From Ranitomeya imitator (lineage: Eukaryota): a stretch of 64,000 nucleotides of DNA. The notes below the pieces were generated by a model. That model had not been told where the DNA came from. It did no database searches and worked only from the letters and a program-made list of their open reading frames with translations. The first letter of the stretch is position 1. Each line of letters begins with the position of its first letter. Below are positions 17,559-28,700 of this stretch, piece after piece. Where the stretch lies: NCBI RefSeq assembly GCF_032444005.1, contig NC_091290.1, positions 133,176,001 to 133,240,000 on the forward strand, in the 5' to 3' direction. The translations under genes and the position numbers were made by a program.

Positions 17559-18820
17559 CACTCCAGAGCTGCACTCACTATTCTGCTGGTGCAGTCACTG
17601 TGTACATACATTACATTATTGATCCTGAGTTACTTCCTGTATTATACTCCAGAGCTGACCTCACTCTTCTACTGGTGCAGTTACTGTGTACATACATTAC
17701 ATTACTGATCCTGAGTTACATCCTGTATTATACCCCAGAGCTGCACTCACTATTCTGCTGGTGCAGTCACTGTGTACATACATTACATTACTGATCCCGA
17801 GTTACATCCTGCATTATACCCCAGAGCTGCACTCACTATTCTGCTGGTGCAGTCACTTTGTACATACATTGCATTACTGATCCTGAGTTACATCCTGTAT
17901 TATACCCCAGAGCTGCACTCACTATTCTACTGGTGCAGTCACTGTGTACATACATTACATTACTGATCCTGAGTTACATCCTGTATTATACTCCAGAGCT
18001 GCACTCACTATTCTGCTGGTGCAGTCACTGTGTACACACATTACATTACTGATCCTGAGTTACATCCTGTATTATACTCCAGAGCTGCACTCACTATTCT
18101 GCTGGTGCAGTCACTGTATACATACTTTACATTACTGACCCTGAGTTACATGCTGTATTATACTCCAGAGCTGCACTCACTATTCTGCTGGTGTAGTCAC
18201 TGGGAACATACATTACATTACTGATCCTGAGTTACATCCTGTATTATACTCCAGAGCTGCACTCACTATTCTGCTGGTGCAGTCACTGTGTACATACATC
18301 ACATTACTGATCCTGAGTTACATCCTGTATTATACTCCAGAGCTGCACTCACTATTCTGCTGGTGCAGTCACTGTGTACATACATTACATTACTGATCCT
18401 GAGTTACATCCTGTATTATGCTCCAGAGCTGCGCTCACTATCCTGCTGGTGCAGTCACTGTGTACATACATTACATTACTGATCCTGAGTTACATCCTGT
18501 ATTATACCCCAGAGCTGCACTCACTATTCTGCTGGTGCAGTCACTGTGTACATACATTACATTACTGATCCTGAGTTACATCCTGTATTATGCTCCAGAG
18601 CTGCGCTCACTATTCTGCTGGTGCAGTCACTGTGTACATACATTACATTACTGATCCTGAGTTACATCCTGTATTATGCTCCAGAGCTGCGCTCACTATT
18701 CTGCTGGTGCAGTCACTGTGTACATACATTACATTATTAATCCTGAGTCATCTCCTGTATTATACCCCCTACATTACATTGCTTATGCTGTATTATGCTC
18801 CAGAGCTGCACTCACTACTG
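17559..18820 (-). repeat. 86-bp satellite, array 2 (about 14 copies), inverted relative to array 1
   Basis: Reverse complement of the same unit (CTCCAGAGCTGCACTCACTATTCTGCTGGTGCAGTCACTGTGTACATAC...). Confidence 0.96.
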
Positions 18821-18932
18821 CCTACCATTGGTGTTATCCCCTGGGAAATCCTCCTGATTAACCTTTGTTTTCCGTTGTTACTTTTCATCCTGTGTTTATG
18901 TAACATTATAGAAAACGTTCCGTTTCCCAACC

Positions 18933-18951
18933 GACCACCAGGTGGCGCTCT
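18933..18951 (+). promoter_or_regulatory. CTCF-type motif
   Basis: GACCACCAGGTGGCGCTCT matches the CTCF core CCACCAGGTGGCGC exactly. Binding is not shown. Confidence 0.6.
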
Positions 18952-19380
18952 CTCTCTCTGACAGCACAGTCTCCAGTCTCGCTTACAATAAGGCACTTTT
19001 TCTTTTTTTTGCCCATAAACTTTTCCTGCATTATTAACCCTTCTTTCTCCAATCCATTATCCTTGACCGTTCATAGGTAGATGTCGGCCATTGGCTTTTT
19101 ACTTTATCACGTTATGTAGTCACTCCCCCGAAGAGCTTGCAATCTGTCTAGAATTTTCCTGTAGCAGTTAAGTGTCCCCCTGATTGCCGGCTTCCAGGGT
19201 ACATTGGTGTGCGACAGGGTCAGGAGGAGGGTGCTGGGAGGGTGGGATTTGGTGGGTTTGGTAGGGGTGGGAGTCTTTGGGGAGGTACCACGCTCACTAT
19301 TAATATTGAGCCTATATAGCCAACCTCCCTGATTGCCGGGAGACGCTGCGGTCCAGAGTTCTGCTGCTGAGCCGCTCACT

Positions 19381-22202
19381 ATGTCCACGTCACAGAGGCT
19401 GGTGCTGGTCCTCGGCGGAGCCGGTACTGTTGGGTCTGGGATTGTGAAATGTCTTCTGGAGAGAGGTAGGGCCGAGCTCGTCTTATGGCACAGGCGGCCG
19501 ATCTCTAGTCCTAAGCGTTGTCCTCGTCTTGTGCTGCAGGGTTCCAGGTGGCCGTGATTTCCCGAGATGACGCCCGCTTGGAGAAGCTGACGGGTTTTGT
19601 GCCGGCGCAGTACAGAGAAAGTCTTCACACCCTGGTTGGAGATGTGGGTAAGACCCGTCTAGGAGAAGCAAGGAGGCGTCACACCTGTATGGCTATGAAG
19701 AATGTTGGGATTTCAGCTCTGGAGCACCCACTGAATCGCATTTGTTCTGTTTGTCCTTTATTTCCGTGCACAGTCTGTTATCTTAATTTCTGCCCGGGGG
19801 AGGGGGTCGGATGCGGAACTGTCTGGCTCGCTGACCCCATTTTTTGTGTTTTGGGTTTGTGCAGGCTCGGAGCAGGGGGCACAGGAGGCGGCAGCGGCTC
19901 TGGTCAGCAGAGCAGGAAAAGTGACCGACGTGGTGTCTTCGCTGGGGTTCAGCTGGTGGCAGGGTGGTCCGCCACACACACAGTCGTTGCAGGAGCTGCA
20001 GAGGGTACGGTGCCAGAACTATTTCTTGTTAAGTTATTACAATGCATGTAGCTTTTACCATCATCTCTGCTGCATGGGTTTGTATGAAGAGCTGACAGTC
20101 TAAGTACTGAAGGACGGGCACTGAGCTTGGAATTGTGCAGTCCTATGTAACTGACAGGTCGCATATTGCAACGTTGCAAGCATCGGTGCTAGATGAGATG
20201 CTCATGTACTGCACGTTACTGACTCGACTGCTGCATGTGTACTGCATGTTACTGACTCGGCTCTGCTGCATGTGTACTGCATGTTACTGACTCTGCTCTG
20301 TGCACGTTACTGACTCGGCTCTGCTGCATGTGTACTGCATGTTACTGACTCTGCTCTGTGCACGTTACTGACTCGGCTCTGCTGCATGTGTACTGCATGT
20401 TACTGACTCTGCTCTGTGCACGTTACTGACTCGGCTCTGCTGCATGTGTACTGCATGTTACTGACTCTGCTCTGTGCACGTTACTGACTCTGCTTTGCTG
20501 CACATTACTGACTCAGCTATGCTGTACGTTACTGATTCGGCTCCGCTGCATGTGTACTGCACGTTACTGACTCTGCTTTGCTGCGCGTTACTGATTCGGC
20601 TCTGCTGCATGTGTACTGCACGTTACTGATTTGGCTCTGCTTCATGTGTGCTGCAATTTACTTTTTGCTCTGCTGCATGTTACTAACTCTGCTCTGCTGC
20701 ATGTGTACTGCACGTTACTGACTCGGCTCTGCTGCGTGTGTAATGCACGTTACTGACTCAGCTCTGCTTCATGTGTGCTGCACTTTACTTTTTGCTCTGT
20801 TGCACATGTGCTGCACGTTACTGACTCGGCTCTGTTGCACGTGTGTGACTCTCTCATCACCAGTTCATCTCCACTACATCTTATAAAACTCAGCACTGCT
20901 GTATCTGCAGTCACACAGCCGGACACTGCTTGATAGACAGGTCCACATATTGCCCGGAAATTAAGTAGCAGGTAATTTGCTCTGTGCCGTTCATAACATA
21001 AAGGACAAAGATCGTCAGACCGTGCAACAATGGGCGGATAGAGGAAGGGGCGACAGATCTGCACAGACTGGAGGGGTGATAATAGGATCTGCAACAGACA
21101 AAGACATATACAAGATATTCCACCAATTACAATCATAATGTAGCAGAGCCGGATGGTTTTCGATCATATACCGATATATCCCGCCACTGCACTTTGTGCC
21201 GAAATCATAGATACGTAACGTGTCCCCGAACTTCAGGAATGAATGCAGATAATGGCATCAGCTCACGGATCCATTCTGTCCCTGTAGGTGCTGGATACTT
21301 TACTTCTGAGCACATTCACGTCCTGGAAGGCATTCTTTCCCTTGATAAAAGATAATCCAAGTGGAACATACACCTTTATTACCGGTAGGTGATGGTCAGA
21401 GGGTCTGTCATNNNNNNNNNNNNNNNNNNNNNNNNNNNNNNNNNNNNNNNNNNNNNNNNNNNNNNNNNNNNNNNNNNNNNNNNNNNNNNNNNNNNNNNNN
21501 NNNNNNNNNNNNNNNNNNNNNNNNNNNNNNNNNNNNNNNNNNNNNNNNNNNNNNNNNNNNNNNNNNNNNNNNNNNNNNNNNNNNNNNNNNNNNNNNNNNN
21601 NNNNNNNNNNNNNNNNNNNNNNNNGTCAATCATCAGGAGCACATCGGTCCCTGACACGAGGCTAGGGAGCGCTGTGCTCCTGGAGATCTATTAGTGAATG
21701 TCTGCAATGTCCAGTGTATTTTATGTGAAATTCATGCCGTTTTTCATGTGACCCTAGGGGGCGCTGGCGAGCGTTTGCTTATGCCGGGCACTGGATTCCT
21801 AACCTTGGGCGCAGCGGGAGCGCTGGCGTTTTCTCAAGTGATTCGGGAGGAGTATCCTGATGTTCCTTGTAAACTGAATGAGGTTAGTGCTAAATTTGGG
21901 AGGGCTGTAGGGAAGATATTAGAATTTTGATGTAATAACATGGATTATTTTGGGTCGGAGAATTATCCCAATGAACGGTTGTAGATCATATGGTTCCAAA
22001 ATTGGCTGTTTTTTGCCGTTATCAGGTAAAAATCAACATGGGGGTGGCTCCTCCCGAGCGCCTCGGGCCCGGGTACGTGAGTCATTTGGAGGTAGGAGAA
22101 GCCGTTGCGTCGTTGGTGGAGAAACGGAGGGTGTCCCACACGGTGCTCTGCGCCAACTCCACCACCGACCTCAAGACACTCATCTTAGAAGGGAAGCTGT
22201 GA
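19381..22202 (+). CDS. Uncharacterised short-chain dehydrogenase/reductase-like (Rossmann-fold) protein, 243 aa, atypical active site
   Basis: Six exons: 19381-19465, 19540-19647, 19865-20004, 21288-21384, 21758-21882, 22026-22202; all GT-AG, 732 nt, open to TGA. MSTSQRLVLVLGGAGTVGSGIVKCLLERGFQVAVISRD has a GGxGxxG dinucleotide-binding motif; later segments read GDVGSE, VVSSLG, YTFITGGAG, PGTGFLTLGAAGAL and KLNEVKINMG. Confidence 0.88.
20205..20850. repeat. 58-bp composite (35+23) minisatellite in intron 3 of the SDR-like gene
   Basis: GTTACTGACTCGGCTCTGCTGCATGTGTACTGCAT alternating with GTTACTGACTCTGCTCTGTGCAC. Confidence 0.88.
21412..21623. other. Assembly gap (212 N) in intron 4 of the SDR-like gene
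   Basis: Run of N. The flanking exons join in phase, so no coding exon is required within the gap. Confidence 0.99.
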
Positions 22203-23401
22203 GAATTGGGTGCACCAAACCTGGTTCATATCCCATATGCACTGCCACAAACCCATCTACGACCATTGCCAAGACCACCACTGATCCAACTCCGGAGCGT
22301 GGGTCTTCTACAATCTCCTTATGGGTCGGAGATCCATCTATTAAGGGGTACCACCATTTTTTCCAATCTCTTATGGGCACGGAACCAGCTGCAACCTGAA
22401 CAATCCCTTGAAGAAAGTACTAATCCGGATCTGTTCTACTAAGCCGCCGACGGTTTAGGACGACGCGTAAAATCCAGCTTGCATTATCTTTTTTTTAACA
22501 TTTTTTGTTTTCCTCTGGGAGTTTCATGATGAGATGATTTTCATACATTCATCCCCTGCCCATCTGTCGTAATCTCTGATGGCTCCTACTTGCTTTATAG
22601 ATATAATATTAACCCCCTAGTTCCTGCTTTTTCACCAATCCAATCTCCGATTCATGTGAATTCAATAAATCTTGATGAAATGATACTTTTGCATGTTCGT
22701 GCCTGTGATCCGGAGCGATTAATCTACTCCTCTGTGGGTCTTACAGTCCATGTTGGCTGCAGTGAGCCGAGGATCCATAGCTGGGAGATGGCGGAGGAGA
22801 AGCTGGGGGAATTTCTGTAAATTGCAGAAAAATGAGGTCACAGATAGAAAAGCTTATTCATAAGCTGAGCTGGTCCAGCTGGCCTGCAAGCCATTCTTTT
22901 ATGTGCCAGCTTCCATGTGCATGCCACCTCTCCTACTCGCACACATGGCAAACTCTGCTCAGACTTTTTGTCCTGAATCCCATGGCCCGATTTTACCTTT
23001 TTTTAGGTAGGTTGCAAAATTATCTGCATGCCCTCAATAACGACCCTGCATGCATTAATCTGCAGGACTCCAGGTTCCCTACTATCTTTAGGGAACTGAA
23101 ATATGGGCAGAAAATGGAAACATCTTGCGGATGTTGCCCTGTAGAATAAAGTGTCATCAGCCAGCTGCATGATGCACACATCTTCCCATCTCCTCTGATT
23201 TTTACGCTTTAATGACTTTGGGATCATCAAGCACCTTAAAAGGCCACAGTTATAGCCAGATTTGATGGAGCAGTAATGGGCACGTAAGATACCCCATGTC
23301 TGGGCAGTTGGAGAATTAACAACTATCCACGCAATAGGTGCTAACTTGCATTCTTTGTGCAATTCCTTTATAGTGTAACGGCCATCGTATAAAAGTGAAT
23401 G

Positions 23402-23404
<3 letters not shown>

Positions 23405-23438
<34 letters not shown>
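23405..23438. repeat. (TA)n microsatellite
   Basis: Uninterrupted TA run. Confidence 0.9.
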
Positions 23439-23441
<3 letters not shown>

Positions 23442-25781
23442 GTATGGCAATAGTGTTGATCGATATGGTCTGGGTTCCAGGAACCCACCAATCTCTGTAG
23501 CTCCTGCATGAGCTGCGTGGTCTCATTAGTAAGTCCGTACCCAAGATTCTAAGAGAATCTATAGACCCATGCAGGAGCTGCTGACTTCAAAGAGGTGTTT
23601 TGACTAGTTGTGGGGGTCTCCGGATCAGGACCCCCAATGATCAGCAATGCTTTACACACCCTCTGAAAGTGAGAAATAAGGCTTAAAGTGTTTTTTTTTT
23701 TTTTTTAAGGGGAATATGTTAGCAGGCTTTGGTCATGTCCTCTGAGAGCAGCATGATGTATAGGCAGAGACCCTGATTCTGGTGATGTATCACTTACTAG
23801 GTTGTGTTTCAATACATTTAGTGTTATCAGCAGGAGATTATCACTACAGGACTAGGTGGCTGGTGTCTCCTGGTCCAACCACACCCCCACCAGTGATTGG
23901 CTGACTTGTGTACACTTACAGAAAGCCGCCAATGAGTGGTGGGGGTGTGGCTATACAGAACTCCACATTCCGAGTTATGTGTCAGAGAAAACTGATTGTA
24001 TTTCAACTGCCGCACCCATTAACTAAGTGATACATCGCCGGCATCAGGGTCTCTGCCCCTACATCAGATTACATAGCAAACAATTTCTGTAGGGTTTAAA
24101 AGGGAATCTAACATTTTGTATTTGAGGCTGCAGCACAATATTTTCAGAATTTGACACAGATTCCAATTGAATTTATAAGAAAAGACTCCCATGTTCCTCC
24201 TCGCTCGGGGTACAGTGGGCTCTGGATATCGCTCACTTACGGATCTGGATGACTCCCATTCACACACGGCATATTTTTGCACCATAGATTTGCTTGCACC
24301 GTAAAAAATAAATAAATCAGCAAATTTGGATTTGAAGATTTTACCTTTTTTGCAAGGCAAAGGGTGCAACACAAAGGTGTGCAGCAAACGTGCATAGTGG
24401 GGACATGCAGCAAAGTCATGTTTACTTTACATTTAAAGTCTTCTATATTTATATTATTGAATGTCAAAATAAATTGTTAAACAAAAAAAAAAAATCAGTA
24501 CTTTAGACGCCGACAGCTCCCCATAGCTAAAACTATAAATAAATCCGCTATAAGACAGCAATTATGTTGTGTGTCGAATACTTGGCCCCGGCCTGAGCAT
24601 CTCCTGCCAGGATGGAAAGATCCCAATTATTTCAGATTGTCTTTTGTTCTGGAAACACAATAAAACCCGACTGTCAGGAGGAAAAAAAAAACTAAATAAC
24701 TTAATTAAAAAATAACTTTATTTCAAGCAGTAAAGTAAAAGCAGAAATTCATCTTTCCCTATGGACTTAGAACATTGATCTCCAGTCTTGCGGCAACACT
24801 ACAACTCCCAGCTGCTGCTGTCAGATCGTGATGGGAGTTGTATTTTTGCTACTCTGGAGCATAGACGTTGGCCTTCATGATGGGAGTTGTAGTTTAGACA
24901 TAAGTCGGAGCTCTGGCATGTTGGGAGTTTGTTTAATTGCATATCAACTTGCAGTGCTCCATTTTGTGCAGAACTATAAGTCCCAGCAAGACGGCATTTG
25001 TAGTTTGAAAACTCATCTATGACGATAACTAGTTTAGTACAATGATCATTATGTGTATGTGAACAGCGGCCTAACAGATTGTGCAGAGTCCGCTCCCTGC
25101 CGTCTTCACCTCTAAAATCTATAAGGGGTCCTCCCATCTCAGCAAGGGATTCGATAGGTCATTTTAGGATTCCGAGACCCTCATCAATCCGGAAGAACGA
25201 TTGGGCCCCCTTCACAGCGCACTCTTGCACCCCTGCCGTGCAGAGAATTGCAGTGGGTGGTCCGTAATGCAAAACTGTAAAGGGATAGCAGAGCTGGACC
25301 CCATTAGTCTCCGGATCAGAGGTAGGAGCCCGACTTGTGTCACTTTCTGAGATGGGACACAGTTATGTAGAAATTTTTCCTGGAAAAGATGGGTGACCAA
25401 TATACGGAGCGTTCCCCATATTAGCCGCCCTCCAACTTTCCTAGAAACCGCTCACTTTTGTTGGTTTCTGGAAATACAACCAAAGTGGATGCCAGAAAGA
25501 TCTCCTGTCACATGGCAGGAAGGGGCGCGTCACTCAGGACTATAGGAAAGTTGGGTGACGAGCCATGCAATGGTTGTAACAGCAGCCATATTGGATTTAG
25601 TATATACAGTAGAAAAGTCTTTCCCATGCGCGGTGTAGAAGATCATTAACACTATTTGTCAGTTTCACATTCATGGGCGAATGACCAGTGGTTGAAGATT
25701 TCTTCATGTACGCAGGTAAGGTGCAGAATAATGTGCCGTCATAGCTGCTGAGAAGTAGTTTCTCCACATCACCGCTCCTCC

Positions 25782-28700
25782 TCAGACAGGCTGGAGCAAT
25801 GGGGGCACAGGGAGGGTCTCCAAATACACCAGGGCGCTCTGCAGCGAGGTCAGACAGTAGCCCACCTCTCCAATCAGATCCCTGCGGAGGACAAGAAAAC
25901 AAGATTGTGGATTATATCGATTCGGATCCATCACAAACGCCGACGCCCGGATAAAATGGCCGCAGGCATCACTTTACAGTTTAAGCTGCACCCCTGATTG
26001 ACAATCAATGGGGCCCGGAGGTGCAATTCCGGACAAAACCCACGGTCAGGGGTGGCGCAGTTTAAGAGAAAGCCGCCGCGTTTCAAAATAATGGCTGCAT
26101 GTAAATATTGTGCATAGGTTAGGAGGAGGCTGGACGTGTAGGAAGGAGCTGCAGAGAAGGAGACCAGACACCCAGACTGCCTGGGAGGAATAGACGGAGA
26201 CTCGAGTCTGCAAAACTGGCTCAGAGAGACGATAAAGCTGTCACAACAGCAGACATGTCACCCAGAGACAGGCCTGGGACGGGGCGCCCCCCTGCTGTTA
26301 CTGAGCGCTAGTGGTGCTCACTAACAATTACACAAACTGTCATGGCCGAGACATGCGGACTGTAATGGTTGGCACTTACCCCTCGTGTATAAACTCCTCC
26401 AGCGCCGCGCACTCCGACACCAAATGAGACATGCCGCTTTTCAGCACTACAAATGACACAATGGGCAGGAGGTCGTCTGCACCACTAGAAAGAGAAGAGA
26501 AAAGGAGACGTTACTAGATATGGGACCGTACAGGACATAGCGCCCCATATAATGCACCTATAGACTGCTTGGCAGTACTGGAGCCGATCGCTGGGGGTCC
26601 GGCTGGAGATACCAATGGTACCAAGACCTGCAAACTCCCCCCATCTATGGCATCCAGGCTGCTCTTAGAGCATGATCACCAGTCCTACACCTTTATAGGT
26701 TCAGCAGGACACATCCCGTAATGTCGGTGCAGGAACAAGTACCAGGAGGTTTTGCCCCGGTCAGATCCATGTTCCTGGAGATTAGCAGAAAGCGGGAGAT
26801 TTCTGCCGCGAGTCCGCCTGCAGCAGAACAAAGATTGCACACAGGGTGGGCGCAGGAGTATGGGAGGGAGTCTTGCATTTCGGATTAAGAGCAGCGATAT
26901 AACAAATCGGTCTTGTTCCAGGAAACATTAGAGGTGTCCCTGTGTCTCTGGGGTCATAACCTTGCGTCTGTCCCCCGCTGTCTGAGGTCACGTCCGACGC
27001 TGCTCTGCCTGGGAAATTGGGGAGTCTGGGCTCATTATGTTCTGACAGCTACCCCCGAAAACCCCCCCGCTGCCCCCATGCTTAACCCTTCCCCACATAG
27101 GGGACACCATCTCACATTTTTCACGTTTTGCTTTCAATTCTTCGCCATGTTGAAGATCTTTGCTCCTTAATGACCCTTTCACGGCCTGATATGCCATCGT
27201 GACTCCTCTAGTAAGTCATCTCCATGTTCTCTCCCCTCCACTATGCTGCCGTCTGGTCCCTTCCATGACTTTTTTCCCCATCCATGACGCTGCCGACCCC
27301 CCACCCAACCTCTTCATCTGTGGAGCTCTGCTAATTCGAGCAGACAGGCGCTCTGCTTGGGAGCTGCTGCTCTACAGAGCGCCACAGCCCCCTGTGCTCT
27401 GCAGGACAGGCCATGTGCTGCCTGCGACTGTCACATCTCATCCATCAGTGAAGACCCCAGAGGGGCCTCCTATCTGTACCCAATAAACATCATGTACTCA
27501 GCAACCTGAGCACACGAGGAGAGAGGAGCAGAGGAGAGGGAGACACGTGCAGCGTACAGATGGACGGACACAGGGAAAATATCAAAACCCCGGCTCAGAC
27601 GGCGCTCACCCTCAACCCAAAATATAAAGGCACTCACATGGCGGCAGTCCCAGGGGAGTGGCAATATTCTTCTGTGCACTCACAAATGACACGCAGGGTC
27701 CTCACTGAAAGCATAAAAAAAAAGAACACTTTAATATAAGAATTGGAGTTGTCTTCCAGGGGCATTTAGTGTCTCGGTGGGAAGAATCACACTCTGACAT
27801 GTGTTACTGTGCAGAGCTACATTCAATTCGATCCCTTTAAGGCGGAGTATAATGCGCCTATAAAGTAAGATTGTGGAATTCTCACAACGTTGCCATCATA
27901 CAGCCATAGAAAGAGCTGATCAAAGAGTTTACCAGGACTCTTGTCTGACATCAGCAGGGGATACAGTTTTACAGAGGCACCAGTTTTGCAAACTTCCTCA
28001 AACTTAGAAGTAACTCCATGGCATCTGACAAAGGTTCTCCAACCTTCCTAGACCTGGCGGTACTCGGTGGCATCCTGACCAGGGTTCTCCAACCTTTCTA
28101 GACTCTGGTGGTACTCCATGGCAACTGACCAGGGTTCTCCAACCTTCCTAGACCTGGCGGTATTCGGCGGTGGCATCCTGACCAGGGTTCTACAAACTTC
28201 CTAGACTCTGGCGGTAACTCCATGGTATCCGAATCTGGGTTCTCCAACCTTCCTAGACCTGGTGGCACTCCATGGCAACCGACCAGGGTTCTCCAACCTT
28301 CCTAAACCTGGCGGTACTCCATCGCATCTGTACCAAGGTTCTGCAAGCTTCCTTGCTGGCACTCATATGCCTCCATCCTGGGCACCTCTGGCGTTTACAG
28401 GGGCAAGCGACATGTCACGCAAGGCGTAGTCACTAACAAGCGTTGTGCCGCCATGTCATGATGTGGGCTTTGAAAAAACACCAGAGGTGCCAAGGATGCA
28501 GGCATATGATGTTTGCAAAACCCTGGTCCGCATGCCACAGTTACCTGCATAATACCCACCACTATATAATATGTCAGATTATGGGATGAGCTGCCATCTC
28601 CTGCCTGCGGGGTCTCATTTATGGTTCATAGCAAGACCCCCTCCACGGTATCTACTTACACTACAAGGGCACACGGACTGGGATTCTCTTCATGAGACGG

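Noticed and set aside
21361-21694. ORFs containing long X runs
   Set aside because: Produced by the 212-N assembly gap.
23700-25010. Further degraded inverted-repeat segments (about 23705-24060 and 24800-25010; similarly 28366-28508, 32570-32900, 34060-34240, 44365-44570)
   Set aside because: Probably old MITE remnants, but termini and TSDs could not be fixed reliably, so they are not listed as features.
26284-26297. Possible CTCF motif in VPS9D1 intron 14
   Set aside because: An extra G disrupts the core spacing.
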